Notes: generated by a model from the sequence alone, not told the origin. 64,000 nt of DNA from Candidatus Latescibacterota bacterium (GCA_965205975.1 OZ242195.1:2528001-2592000); one strand, 5' to 3'; positions 19,948 through 29,944 are shown, counted from the stretch's first letter. Numbers and translations: made by a program.

Positions 19948-21621
19948 TTAATCGCCAAAAATAGCAGCCGATGCGGCCTCGGCCTTTTCCATTTTTTCTT
20001 TATCGGATAAATCGCCCATCGCTTTGTAAAAAATTTCATCGTAATCGCGCGTTTTGATAACCACGGGCATAGGTACCGCATGACCAAATACAAGAGCTTG
20101 CTGTTTGGAATCGAGACTGGCCAGAACACTTCGCAAGCCAGCGGCATTTGAAACACCCGTAAGTACCCCCTGGATGTCTTTTTCGTCATTTAGCAAAGCC
20201 GTGATTTTTGTGCCGAGTTGTGAAAGCACTTCTTCGTCAATACCCGAGGGACGCTGGTCAACCACGAGGAGCGAAACGTAGTATTTACGCATTTCTCTGG
20301 CAATCGTACCAAAAATGGTTTGCCTTGCAGTCGCGGGATTGAGAAACTTGTGGGCCTCTTCTATGGTTATAACCAGGTGCCTCGGCTGATCTTCGGGATT
20401 TTGCGAGGCGTAAAATTTTTCGCTTTTTGTGACGTATTGTTCGTGAATGCGGCGAGAGAGAATATTCGCCACGAGCAAATACGCGAGCATGCCGGTCTGC
20501 CGACCAAACTCGAGCACAATGTGAATGCCACGGTCGATGTAATCCATCATCGTATCGACGGCATCTGCACCATTGAGGCTATTGACCATAAAGGGAAAGC
20601 TTTCAAGGCGTTTGAGTTTGCGATGCAGCGCGGAAAGCGAGCTTTTATTTGCCCCAATATCATCGGCAAATTGCTCGACATCGGGACCGTCAATAGAAAG
20701 CAATTGGCGCAGCCAGCGGTCTTTGTACATTGCGTAAACGAGATAGGCAGATTCAGAAGCCGTGGGATTGAGTTGCAGTTCGTCTTGCAACGCGATAACA
20801 TCTTCGACCGCGACCTGATCGTAGGTAATATACACCTCGTGGTCGGGTTGAATCCCGCGCTGACGAGACGATTCGGGATCGAGGGAAAAAAGGGCGACTT
20901 GATTCCCAAAAAGCTGCTTGAGACCCTTGACAAAGCTATTGCCCTGTCCGCCCTCTTTCATAGCGCGAAAACCGTATTCGTTGTGCATATCAAAAATGAG
21001 ATTGACGGCTTTCTTGTTTTTAATCAGACCACACAATACCAGGCGAGTGAGAAAGGACTTACCCGTGCCCGTCTTGCCAAAAATGCCATTACTGCGCTCG
21101 ACAAAGCGATTGAGATTGATACACACCGGCGTATCCATATCCAATGGCGTGCCCATGTTGAAAAAACGGTCATCTTTTTCCTCGCTGCCAAAAACGCGCG
21201 ATACATCCTCTTCATCAGCTTCAACAACCTTGGAAAAATGACTGGGAATAGTTTTTACCGGACGCGGTTCATCGACGACTTCCTCGCCCTGTTCCAGCAT
21301 GAGCATAGGGCGCAGTGCAACGGTGACATAGGTGCTGGAACCATTGAGAACACTGTGCAACAACTGGTCGCCCTCGCGCGGCGGATAAAGCAAAATTTCG
21401 GGATTGGTCGCATCCAAACTCAGGTCGGTGATCATGGAGAAAAACTGATTTTTATAGCCCTCAATAACCACAAATTTGCCAGCTTTGACGTCTTCCACAC
21501 TGCGGTCGGGGTTGAGCTTCATCTCAACGCCCTCGGTCAAAGACCCTTGCGTGACAACGCCGATTTCGCCGCCATCCTGAATATTGGGAGAACCGTTTAG
21601 ATTATTCCAGAGATCGTTCAT
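19948..21621 (-). CDS. herA: HerA-family ATPase/DNA translocase
   Basis: N-terminal HAS barrel, G.TGTGKS Walker A, FD.HNEYG, IEEAH.F, IARE.RKY, DQRPS. Confidence 0.9.
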   Translation of the reverse strand: MNDLWNNLNGSPNIQDGGEIGVVTQGSLTEGVEMKLNPDRSVEDVKAGKFVVIEGYKNQFFSMITDLSLDATNPEILLYPPREGDQLLHSVLNGSSTYVTVALRPMLMLEQGEEVVDEPRPVKTIPSHFSKVVEADEEDVSRVFGSEEKDDRFFNMGTPLDMDTPVCINLNRFVERSNGIFGKTGTGKSFLTRLVLCGLIKNKKAVNLIFDMHNEYGFRAMKEGGQGNSFVKGLKQLFGNQVALFSLDPESSRQRGIQPDHEVYITYDQVAVEDVIALQDELQLNPTASESAYLVYAMYKDRWLRQLLSIDGPDVEQFADDIGANKSSLSALHRKLKRLESFPFMVNSLNGADAVDTMMDYIDRGIHIVLEFGRQTGMLAYLLVANILSRRIHEQYVTKSEKFYASQNPEDQPRHLVITIEEAHKFLNPATARQTIFGTIAREMRKYYVSLLVVDQRPSGIDEEVLSQLGTKITALLNDEKDIQGVLTGVSNAAGLRSVLASLDSKQQALVFGHAVPMPVVIKTRDYDEIFYKAMGDLSDKEKMEKAEAASAAIFGD

Positions 21622-21662
21622 AAAAGATAGCTTTCAGCCTTTCTTCCATTCTTACTTCACAT

Positions 21663-22259
21663 TTATTGCGAAATCCGCCGCATAATAGAACTCAGACGGT
21701 CGTAGTCGTCGCGGATAAGGCGACACAGGTCTTTGCCAATACCCACCAAATAGGGCATCTCTAAAGCGCGGGCTTCCCAGGCATTTCTCACCGAGGCGAT
21801 GATGAGATCGTCGGCGGGCAGGCGATTGCCACATAAAATGCTGCGGAGAAAATCTCCACTATTGGTCAGAGCTTTAATTTCGGACTCGGTACAGGGAAAA
21901 ACAAAGCTGTGAATACCGGGCGGTTGCGGGGGCAAGACCTGTTGCGGACCCTGATCGTCGCCATATCCGATAATAACAGCTTCAAATTCAGTCTTGAGAA
22001 GTTCAAAAATCTGTGGCTGCTCTTCGCGCAATTCTTGCTCGGTAAGCCCATAAGCCGTGGCACGCCGGTTGGGTTCAATAGAGTGCGTACACACATTGAA
22101 AACCAGGCCATATACAGGCAATGCGCCAAGCGTCTTGACAAAGGACCCGAATGGCGGTGCGCCATTTAGCTCCCGGCTTTCAGAAGTAAATTGCGAAGTA
22201 GAGCTTTCGACAATTTCGCCAATGTATTCAGTGCTGATATCGAGTTGTGTGAGTGACAT
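21663..22259 (-). CDS. stand-alone HAS-barrel protein
   Basis: IGE.VE.ST..F, PPFGS.VK, LPP.PP..H motifs; lies between nurA and herA. Confidence 0.8.
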   Translation of the reverse strand: MSLTQLDISTEYIGEIVESSTSQFTSESRELNGAPPFGSFVKTLGALPVYGLVFNVCTHSIEPNRRATAYGLTEQELREEQPQIFELLKTEFEAVIIGYGDDQGPQQVLPPQPPGIHSFVFPCTESEIKALTNSGDFLRSILCGNRLPADDLIIASVRNAWEARALEMPYLVGIGKDLCRLIRDDYDRLSSIMRRISQ

Positions 22260-22271
22260 GCGGAACCTCTA

Positions 22272-22505
22272 TCATGAAAGGGCATACCAATCTGACATTG
22301 TGATTTCGCGTTCGAGAATCGCTCCAATTTCTCTGATCATGAATCGCAATTGCGGAACAGAGTATTCAGAATTAGACGGGATGGACAATCGGTGATTTTG
22401 ATAGGTCATAAATTGGTGACGTGTACCCGAATAGGGACCCTCAAATCCGAGTTTGCGAAGACGACGAATAAAATCGCGACGTTTACACGGTGTCCAACGA
22501 TTCAT
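22272..22505 (-). CDS. hicA: HicA-family toxin (mRNA interferase)
   Basis: R..I..LR.LGF.GP..G..H.FM......IP motif; overlaps hicB. Confidence 0.85.
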   Translation of the reverse strand: MNRWTPCKRRDFIRRLRKLGFEGPYSGTRHQFMTYQNHRLSIPSNSEYSVPQLRFMIREIGAILEREITMSDWYALS

Positions 22506-22755
22506 GCATGGGCACCTTATTTAGGTCAATATCATTAATTACAGGAAGTGTATGTCCAAGTTTAATACCCACAAAAATCCAATCTTCGAGTGTGGAATGG
22601 AGTTCCGATTCACAATCGCGAAGCGAATTAGCAAATGCCACCACACCCTTACATACGGGAATACATCCACCGAATGTGCCGTCTTCAAGTTTGTCGTATT
22701 CGGCCTGTGCCATGAGGTCTTTAATGTAGTCCGTGAGGATAAATTGTGTAGCCAT
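22483..22755 (-). CDS. hicB: HicB-family antitoxin (short form)
   Basis: Y..L.DG.F.G.IP.C.GV.A...L..C..EL...LEDW.......LP. Confidence 0.85.
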   Translation of the reverse strand: MATQFILTDYIKDLMAQAEYDKLEDGTFGGCIPVCKGVVAFANSLRDCESELHSTLEDWIFVGIKLGHTLPVINDIDLNKVPMHESLDTV

Positions 22756-22768
22756 AATAAAACCCTCG

Positions 22769-23989
22769 CTATACTGCCGCAGCCATTTTTTTCAGTTGTT
22801 TGAGCGACTGTTCGGTTTTAATATTATTTTTTACAAAAGCATCTTTCAAGAACTTAAAAAATATGTCGCGGTCAGCACCGCGCACAATGGCGCGTTCGTG
22901 GGATTCGGATAAGACGACGGGATATCCGCGCCCCTTATCGACCTGATCGACAACCGTGGTGTGTACGAGATCGAGCAACTCTCGGTCTTTGGCAACCCAT
23001 TCGGGAATTTCGACGCGCCCAATTTCCCAACCCGTATGCACGTAAAAAAAGCAGATGCGGTGGGGACCGTAGTCCTCGAGAATTTTAGACGCGCTGCGAT
23101 AAACGCCACTGCGCTCGCCGCGTTTGAGTCTGCGGGCATACAGCATATCGTCGGTAACGCCTGCAATGGGTTCACAGGGAATGGGCGCAGGCGGTTCGGA
23201 ATCGCCATCAAGATCGAGAAGATGCTGCGCCTCGGCTGCTTTCCACGGGCACTTGTCGCAGTTGGTGGGCTGTTCGGGACAGAGGCCCACGCGCAAGGCA
23301 TTGAGCACATCGGCGCTACCGGGATCTGAAATATACCCGGCAATGGGAACGCGAAGTTCGCGCAGACGCTCCAAACCCGCGAGCGTGGTCTGGAGAGTTT
23401 CGCGGCGAAAATCGTAGGGTTTGCCTTCGAGCATCCACAAAATCAGGGTACCATCGGTCAGCCCAACACATGTTCGGCCCTCTGTGTGCGCCAGAGCAGA
23501 GAGGGTAACCACCTTTTCGAGTTCCATCGCATTGCGCCGCACGCCAACGACTTCTCGGGTGATTGGACTGCGCTTGCCCGCCCATTCCTGATAGAGGTCG
23601 TCTTCATCGTAAAAAAGCGTTGGTTCGCTGTTTAACACAGGGCGTTCTCCCGTGCCGTAATGAATGACGACATAGCCAATATTGATCAGAAAACAATTGG
23701 CGACTTCGTGCCGGTCGGGGAAAATCTGAGACCCGTCGGCGGCAATAACGGTGAGTTCTTTGGGGCGGCTGGGTTTTGGGCACGCCTCGGTAATCGGCCC
23801 GCCGAGTTGGGCAACCAGCCAGGAGGTGCGGCTGCGCGCAATTTTAATACCCAAAGTTTCCCAGGCATCTTCCCAGCGATCCATTTCGGAACACGCCAGA
23901 TCAATGCGAGCAAAAAAGTCGTCTTGCAGACTACTGGCATCAACCGCCATCTGGTCAATCTGGCGTTTGAGCAAACCGTAATCGAGCAT
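22769..23989 (-). CDS. nurA: NurA-family nuclease
   Basis: A.DGSQI.P..H, L.DGTL, GR.E.P.W, GYP..L.E.H..A motifs. Confidence 0.9.
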   Translation of the reverse strand: MLDYGLLKRQIDQMAVDASSLQDDFFARIDLACSEMDRWEDAWETLGIKIARSRTSWLVAQLGGPITEACPKPSRPKELTVIAADGSQIFPDRHEVANCFLINIGYVVIHYGTGERPVLNSEPTLFYDEDDLYQEWAGKRSPITREVVGVRRNAMELEKVVTLSALAHTEGRTCVGLTDGTLILWMLEGKPYDFRRETLQTTLAGLERLRELRVPIAGYISDPGSADVLNALRVGLCPEQPTNCDKCPWKAAEAQHLLDLDGDSEPPAPIPCEPIAGVTDDMLYARRLKRGERSGVYRSASKILEDYGPHRICFFYVHTGWEIGRVEIPEWVAKDRELLDLVHTTVVDQVDKGRGYPVVLSESHERAIVRGADRDIFFKFLKDAFVKNNIKTEQSLKQLKKMAAAV

Positions 23990-24016
23990 AAGAGGCTCCA
24001 GTGAGGTGGCTCTTGA

Positions 24017-24574
24017 CTATACAATTGACTCATAAAAGAATTGCCGACCACCGCCGGGGACACTGCCATCGCGCACGCGGCACACGAGACCCATTTTTTG
24101 AAGGGCATTGAGCCGATTGCATGCGATATTAATATTTTTATGCAGCGCGTGGGCAAACTCGGAAGACGTGCCTTTTTTTCGAATCAGTACAATGTCAAGG
24201 GCTTCTCGAATCGGCGTTTTGAGCACACCGAGCACATGAATATCGCCTTCGCCATCTTTGAAAAGCGCGGCCAGGTCGCGCAATTTGAGCACCGCCTCGA
24301 AGGTCTCGCGCACGGAATCATTGGCATTTTGAATAAAGGTAAAGCGATTGCCAAGCTCCCCGCTGCCAATACGCATGAGCAGTTTGCAAAGCAACTCGTC
24401 GGCACAGGAGATATCGATAAACGAGACATTGGCAAAATCGAGAGGTGTAACCGCATCGTCATCGGCTGTTTGCATAAATGCCATAAGCTGATTGAGCAGG
24501 ACTTCACCTCGATCTCGCCCACTCAGAATACCCGTAGGCGTCTCAAAAACGAAAGGGAGGGTTTGTTCAAGCAT
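24017..24574 (-). CDS. STAS-like (DUF4325-type) domain + C-terminal winged helix
   Basis: L.GR..G, LDF..V..ID.S.ADE...L; wHTH 'S.E.A..L...IN...NRL..L...GLV.R......GG....Y'. Confidence 0.7.
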   Translation of the reverse strand: MLEQTLPFVFETPTGILSGRDRGEVLLNQLMAFMQTADDDAVTPLDFANVSFIDISCADELLCKLLMRIGSGELGNRFTFIQNANDSVRETFEAVLKLRDLAALFKDGEGDIHVLGVLKTPIREALDIVLIRKKGTSSEFAHALHKNINIACNRLNALQKMGLVCRVRDGSVPGGGRQFFYESIV

Positions 24575-24767
24575 CTCATCGTCCCTTAAAATTCGGTTAA
24601 AATTCTATTTGTGGGGATTGGGGGAACGATGGGGAAGATATTACTTAATTGAATTCAGTTAAGTTATCGGAACTTAGGTGTTCTGAAATGATATGTCAAG
24701 TATTTTCTTTTACCTGGGTGCAATGCTTGCAAATACAGCGTGTGTGAGATATATTTCTTAATATTTA

Positions 24768-25442
24768 GTGAATACGAAAACACACAGGTTTGCCTCTGAT
24801 TCTCATAAAGGCTTGAATGTGAACCCTCTGGCATCCAAAGATCAAATGCCCGTTTGGCGCGACGATGGCGCGATATTGCAAGTCAATGAAATTTTCTATT
24901 CCATAGAAGGCGAGGGCCTGCGTGTGGGACAACCCACAACATTTGTCAGGCTTGCGCGTTGTAATTTGCGCTGCTTTTTTTGCGATACGGAATTTGATTC
25001 TTTTGAGGAAATGACCATTGCTCAAATTGTCGATGAAGTCCTGCATCATCCTGCAAAGTGGGTGTGTTTGACCGGGGGAGAGCCACTGGGACAAAATATC
25101 ACGCCACTGTGCAGAGAACTCGTCAGCGCGGGTTTTCGGTTGCATATCGAGACAAATGGAACGGTTGATCCAGATCCAATTTTATGCGACCTGATTGAAC
25201 ACTGGACCGTATCGCCCAAACGGCGAAAAATTGCCGATGGCCTCACGCATATCACCGAACTCAAATACGTGGTGGGCAAAGCATTTTGCGAAACTATAGT
25301 CGATGAAAACCGAGCAAAATATATTTATTTACAACCCGAATCGAGCAAACCCCAATACATTCACAAGGCATTGGAAATTTTGTCGCGACATCCCAACTGG
25401 CGGTTGTCGTGTCGCATTCACAAAATGTTGCAATTGCCATAG
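24768..25442 (+). CDS. queE: 7-carboxy-7-deazaguanine synthase (radical SAM); start uncertain
   Basis: EIFYSIEGEG, F.RLA.CNLRC.FCDT, LTGGEP, IETNG, TVSPK, LQP, HK. Confidence 0.9.
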   Translation: MNTKTHRFASDSHKGLNVNPLASKDQMPVWRDDGAILQVNEIFYSIEGEGLRVGQPTTFVRLARCNLRCFFCDTEFDSFEEMTIAQIVDEVLHHPAKWVCLTGGEPLGQNITPLCRELVSAGFRLHIETNGTVDPDPILCDLIEHWTVSPKRRKIADGLTHITELKYVVGKAFCETIVDENRAKYIYLQPESSKPQYIHKALEILSRHPNWRLSCRIHKMLQLP

Positions 25443-25454
25443 GGAGATAGGTAC

Positions 25455-26456
25455 ATGATTAAACTGGGTATGATCGGATGCGGCGGCATGGGGGGTGCCC
25501 ACATGCGGCGGTTTCACACACTGAGCGATCGGGTCACATTAGCCGCTGCTGTCGATGTTGTTCCAGAACGTGCAGAAGCAGTCGCGCAGCAATTTCCAGG
25601 AGCCTGTGTAGCAACAGATTATCGCGAGATTTTAGACTCGGTAGATGCCGTATTGCTCGCACTACCCCACCATTTGCACTTCTCTGTAGGACAGGCGTGT
25701 CTCAATGCTGGCGTTCATGTCTTGCTCGAAAAACCCATGGCAAATTACGAAGTCGCCTGTAAAGAACTGATTGAGGCATCTGAAACTTCGGGCAAAGTGC
25801 TGATGATTGCGTACTGCATGCGCTTTCATCCAATTGTACAGCATTTGAAAACATTGCTGGATGAAGGCGCGTACGGCGATGTATTTCAAGTGTCGATCTG
25901 GACCGAACAACTCACCCGGTATCCCCCCGATCACTGGGCTTCGAGCAAAGAGCGATTGGGCGGAGGGCAGTTGTTTAGCCATGGCTGTCATTATATCGAT
26001 TTGTTGCTCTGGTTTTTGGGGCGTCCCGTGCAGGGCATGCACATGGGCACAAATTTTGGTACGCCGTGGATGGAGCGGGAAGGCACGAGCAATGTGACGA
26101 TGGAATTTGAAGATGGCCGACTGGGATATCACTTTGGCACCTGGGGTGCGCGGGGCACCCGGTTGCGATACTCAATCCACGCGCATTGCACAGAAGGTTT
26201 GCTCGATGCCAATCTCTCAGGTGGCAAACTCGTGCATATCCTGCGCGGTCAAGAGAAAGTTTTGTTCGAAGCAGAGCCGGGCAAACACACGGAAAATGAG
26301 ATGGCCCATTTTCTCGATTGCATTGAAACCGGGCAAACACCGCTGACAGACGGCAGAAGCAGCTTGCAGGGATTGCGCGTGATCTGGCGGCTATATGAAG
26401 CCGAACAAGCAGGGCATATTGCAGATTTGACGGGTTTGGGTTTAGATGAAGTCTAA
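25455..26456 (+). CDS. Gfo/Idh/MocA oxidoreductase
   Basis: GCGGMG, LEKP, GGG.L...GCH.ID. Confidence 0.9.
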   Translation: MIKLGMIGCGGMGGAHMRRFHTLSDRVTLAAAVDVVPERAEAVAQQFPGACVATDYREILDSVDAVLLALPHHLHFSVGQACLNAGVHVLLEKPMANYEVACKELIEASETSGKVLMIAYCMRFHPIVQHLKTLLDEGAYGDVFQVSIWTEQLTRYPPDHWASSKERLGGGQLFSHGCHYIDLLLWFLGRPVQGMHMGTNFGTPWMEREGTSNVTMEFEDGRLGYHFGTWGARGTRLRYSIHAHCTEGLLDANLSGGKLVHILRGQEKVLFEAEPGKHTENEMAHFLDCIETGQTPLTDGRSSLQGLRVIWRLYEAEQAGHIADLTGLGLDEV

Positions 26457-26519
26457 TAAGTTTCGAAAATTCAATAAATTGAGGGAGTGACTCTATCTCC
26501 ACAATTGGGTAATTTCCGC

Positions 26520-26676
26520 TTGACACTCCGATACTCTTATTATAGATTTATCAGACTCTGGCAGGTTTCTATCTTTTAATCTCATTGCTGAGGGATATCT
26601 GCGGGCGAAACTGCTCACCGAACGGTATCACGATTTCACATTTCGCGCGCTGGCAATTCCCGAGCGCGATTTTTTT
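26520..26676 (+). promoter_or_regulatory. thrS promoter and structured leader
   Basis: TTGACA(26520)-17nt-TAGATT(26543); hairpin TCGCGC...GCGCGA + T7 abutting the ATG. Confidence 0.55.
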
Positions 26677-28611
26677 ATGTCCGAAAACCATTTCATAACC
26701 ATTGCGCTTCCCGACGGTTCGACCAAAGAGATTGAGCGCGGCACAACTGTGCTACAAGTGGCCGAATCCATCGGCGCAGGCCTTGCCCGTGCAGCATTAG
26801 CCGGGCGAGTCGATGGTCGTGCTGTGGATTTGAGTTACCCGGTTGCTTCAGATGCTGCGGTTGAGATTTTGACTTTTTCCAACGATGGGGGCAAAGAGGT
26901 TTACTGGCATAGCACCGCACACGTAATGGCACAGGCCGTGCAGGATTTGTTTCCCGATGCCAAAGTAACCATTGGTCCGCCCATTGAAAATGGATTCTAC
27001 TACGATTTTGATATCGCTCGGCCGTTTACACCCGATGAACTAAAAAAAATTGAAGCGCGAATGTTGGAAATTGTCAAAGAAGACCAGACCTTTTCTCGCG
27101 AGGAAGTCTCGCGCGATGAGGCTTCCTCGCGCTTTCGTGATTTGGGTGAATCCTACAAGATCGAGCTTTTAGATGCCATTCCGCCCGATGAGACCGTGAG
27201 CATCTACAAAAATGCCAGGTGGTTTGATCTGTGCCGGGGGCCACACCTGCCGTCAACAGGGCGCATTAAGGCTATCAAGTTGTTAAACGCATCCGGAGCT
27301 TATTGGCGGGGCGATGAAAACAACAAAATGCTACAACGCATCTACGGTATCTCATTTCCCAGCAAAAAAGAATTGCAGGCATATCTCGATAAACTCGAAG
27401 AGGCCAAAAGCCGGGACCACCGCACTCTGGGCGTGCAGTTGGACCTGTATTCAATAAATGACAATGTAGGTCCAGGCCTCGTGCTCTGGCATCCTAAGGG
27501 AATGCGGATTCGGCACGAGATTGAATCATTCTGGTACAGCGCCCATTTCGACGGCGGATATGAACTCGTTGGCTCCCCTCATATTGGACGGTCCAACCTG
27601 TGGGAAACAAGCGGGCATCTGGAGTTTTTTCGCGAAAATATGTACGCGCCGATGGATGTCGATGGACAAGAATATTTCGCCAAACCCATGAATTGCCCAT
27701 TTCACAGCATGATTTACAAAAGCCGTCGTCGAAGTTATCGCGAGTTGCCATTGCGCTGGGCAGAAATGGGAACGGTTTATCGCTATGAACAGGCGGGTGC
27801 GCTACACGGACTTTTGCGGGTGCGCGGATTTACACAGGACGACGCGCATATCTTCTGCCGTCCAGACCAGGTCGAAAGCGAAATTAAACAGGCCATAGAT
27901 TTTACGCTGTTTATTCTGCGGTCATTTGGTCTCGAAGATTTTAAGATCGATATTTCCACGCGACCCGAAAAAGCCGTAGGTGATCCTCGAGATTGGGATA
28001 TGGCGACAAATGCCTTAAAGGCCGCGATAGATGCACAGGGCTTAAAATATGGCCTTGACGAAGGCGGCGGTGCATTTTACGGACCCAAAATTGACGTGCA
28101 AATTAGAGATGCACTGGGGCGTGAATGGCAGTGTTCGACAATTCAGTTTGACTTCAACCTCCCCGAGCAATTCGACCTGACTTTTGCCGGGCAAGATGGC
28201 AAGATGCACCGTCCCTATATGGTACATCGCGCACTTTTGGGGTCAATGGAACGATTTTTTGGCACACTCATCGAGCATTATGCCGGCAATTTCCCCGTGT
28301 GGTTGGCGCCTGTACAAGCTGTTATTTTACCTGTATCGGATCGTTTTATCGACTATGCGCAGCAAGTTGCCAGACTGCTTCGAAATGGCCAGGTGCGCGT
28401 TGAAGTGGATGATCAGGATGCCAAATTGGGCTACAAAATTCGAGAGGCAGAAGTTCAAAAAGTACCCTATATGCTCATTGTTGGCGCGCGAGAAGTTGAG
28501 AATGGCACGGTGTCGGTTCGCCGTCATGGACAGGGGGATTTGGGTACACTAAGCCTGGAAAATTTAATCGCGCGTATTCAGCAAGAGGTCGAATCCAAAC
28601 AGTTTTCGTAA
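26677..28611 (+). CDS. thrS: threonine--tRNA ligase
   Basis: TGS domain, HSTAH, DLCRGPH, RDHR, KPMNCP, QDDAH, AFYGPKID. Confidence 0.99.
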   Translation: MSENHFITIALPDGSTKEIERGTTVLQVAESIGAGLARAALAGRVDGRAVDLSYPVASDAAVEILTFSNDGGKEVYWHSTAHVMAQAVQDLFPDAKVTIGPPIENGFYYDFDIARPFTPDELKKIEARMLEIVKEDQTFSREEVSRDEASSRFRDLGESYKIELLDAIPPDETVSIYKNARWFDLCRGPHLPSTGRIKAIKLLNASGAYWRGDENNKMLQRIYGISFPSKKELQAYLDKLEEAKSRDHRTLGVQLDLYSINDNVGPGLVLWHPKGMRIRHEIESFWYSAHFDGGYELVGSPHIGRSNLWETSGHLEFFRENMYAPMDVDGQEYFAKPMNCPFHSMIYKSRRRSYRELPLRWAEMGTVYRYEQAGALHGLLRVRGFTQDDAHIFCRPDQVESEIKQAIDFTLFILRSFGLEDFKIDISTRPEKAVGDPRDWDMATNALKAAIDAQGLKYGLDEGGGAFYGPKIDVQIRDALGREWQCSTIQFDFNLPEQFDLTFAGQDGKMHRPYMVHRALLGSMERFFGTLIEHYAGNFPVWLAPVQAVILPVSDRFIDYAQQVARLLRNGQVRVEVDDQDAKLGYKIREAEVQKVPYMLIVGAREVENGTVSVRRHGQGDLGTLSLENLIARIQQEVESKQFS

Positions 28612-28660
28612 CGCACCATGCGTTTGTGAGATTCCTATATCCAACCTGGAGGTGATCGCA

Positions 28661-29203
28661 ATCAATAGAGGCTCAAGAAGTCGAGATGCCAGACGAGAAA
28701 TCGGGCCACGCGTGAATCGGCAGATTCGCATTCCACAAGTTCGCTTGATCGGTGAATCGGGAGCTCAAGTTGGTATTGTAGAAACGAGCAAAGCCCTGAC
28801 AATGGCTCAGGGAGCCGGACTTGATCTGGTCGAAGTCGCGCCAAATGCACGCCCACCTGTTTGCCGGATTATGGATTACGGTAAATACCGGTATGAGCGA
28901 GGGAAAAAAGCCAGGAAAAATCGTCAGAGTACCTCGCAATTAAAAGAAATTCGGATGCGTGTTCGTATCAGCGATCACGATTATCAATTTAAGCTCAGGC
29001 ATGCTGAGAGATTTTTGACCCAGCGCCATAAAGTGCGGATTGTTATTGAGTTTTATGGACGAGAAAATGCACATCGCGATATGGGCCGCGACTTATTGCA
29101 GCGCATTGAAGACGATTTACAGCATATTGGACAGATCGAAACTCATCCCCGCGACGAAGGGCGAAAGCTCGTGATGATTGTCGCTCCCAAATCTCAGTCG
29201 TAG
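28661..29203 (+). CDS. infC: translation initiation factor IF-3 (probable ATC start)
   Basis: N..IR..QVRLI, LDLVEVAP.A.PPVCRIMDYGK; GGAGGTGATC SD positioned for ATC at 28661. Confidence 0.97.
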   Translation: MNRGSRSRDARREIGPRVNRQIRIPQVRLIGESGAQVGIVETSKALTMAQGAGLDLVEVAPNARPPVCRIMDYGKYRYERGKKARKNRQSTSQLKEIRMRVRISDHDYQFKLRHAERFLTQRHKVRIVIEFYGRENAHRDMGRDLLQRIEDDLQHIGQIETHPRDEGRKLVMIVAPKSQS

Positions 29204-29248
29204 TCCGCTTAAACTGATCTGTGAGGCTGTTCTCATAAGGAGTTTATC

Positions 29249-29443
29249 GTGCCTAAAATGAAAACTCATAGTGGTGCCAAAAAGCGTTTCAAAAAGCGCA
29301 GTTCTGGCAAAATCAGCCGTCGCCAGGCCACCGCAGCGCACAATTTGACAAAAAAGACGAGCAAGCGCAAAAGAGGCCTCCGTCTGGCTGCTCATGTTCA
29401 CGACTCTGACCAAAGCCGCGTCAATCGCCTGCTGGCGTCTTGA
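29249..29443 (+). CDS. rpmI: 50S ribosomal protein L35
   Basis: [15 protein letters not shown]; synteny. Confidence 0.98.
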   Translation: MPKMKTHSGAKKRFKKRSSGKISRRQATAAHNLTKKTSKRKRGLRLAAHVHDSDQSRVNRLLAS

Positions 29444-29477
29444 CAGGGGTTGGTGTCACTGTTCATTGGAGATTAAA

Positions 29478-29831
29478 ATGCCGAGAGTAACCAACAGTCC
29501 TGCATCGAGACGCAGGCGAAAAAAGATTTTAAAACAAGCCAAGGGCTATCGGGGGGGGCGCAGCAAACTGCTTCGCACAGCCAGCAATGCCGTGGATCGC
29601 GCATTGCAATACGCCTATCGCGACCGCAGACAGAAGAAAAGAAACTTTAGAGCATTATGGATTGCGCGAATCAATGCTGCGGCCAGACAAAACGGATTGA
29701 CTTACAGCCGATTTATGGCGGGTCTAAAGCGCGATGGTATCGATATCAACCGCAAAGTATTGGCTAATCTGGCCGTAACCGACGCCAATGCATTTGCCGA
29801 ATTGGCCGAAAGGGTTAAGCAAAACGCCTGA
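29478..29831 (+). CDS. rplT: 50S ribosomal protein L20
   Basis: MPRV...AKGY.G...YAYRDR..KKR.FR.LWI.RINAA. Confidence 0.98.
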   Translation: MPRVTNSPASRRRRKKILKQAKGYRGGRSKLLRTASNAVDRALQYAYRDRRQKKRNFRALWIARINAAARQNGLTYSRFMAGLKRDGIDINRKVLANLAVTDANAFAELAERVKQNA

Positions 29832-29847
29832 GTATCTCATTGATTCC

Positions 29848-29885
29848 AAAAAGCGAAATCCACACTGTGCCGGATTTCGCTTTTT
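29848..29885 (+). terminator. intrinsic terminator
   Basis: AAAAAGCGAAATCC/GGATTTCGCTTTTT. Confidence 0.85.
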
Positions 29886-29915
29886 GCATGAGGGTGAAAT
29901 CCTCTTGGGGCGAGC

Positions 29916-29944
29916 TTGACTTTCGGATAAGATGATGTTAAATT
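29916..29944 (+). promoter_or_regulatory. sigma70 promoter with extended -10
   Basis: TTGACT-17nt-TAAATT, preceded by TGT. Confidence 0.6.

Noticed and set aside
20320..21600. 426-aa plus-strand ORF
   Set aside because: Antisense shadow of herA; no motifs or SD.
19948..23989. HerA as an anti-phage Sir2-HerA or DUF4297-HerA system
   Set aside because: Partners are NurA and a HAS barrel, the repair-type arrangement; no Sir2 or similar effector.
24768..25442. queE as part of a Dpd/7-deazaguanine DNA-modification island
   Set aside because: No dpdA/tgt, queC, queD or folE nearby; most simply housekeeping queuosine synthesis.
26600..26676. Canonical T-box riboswitch
   Set aside because: UGGN is replaced by CGGT, the leader is short and no clear stem I is seen; kept only as an unknown leader.
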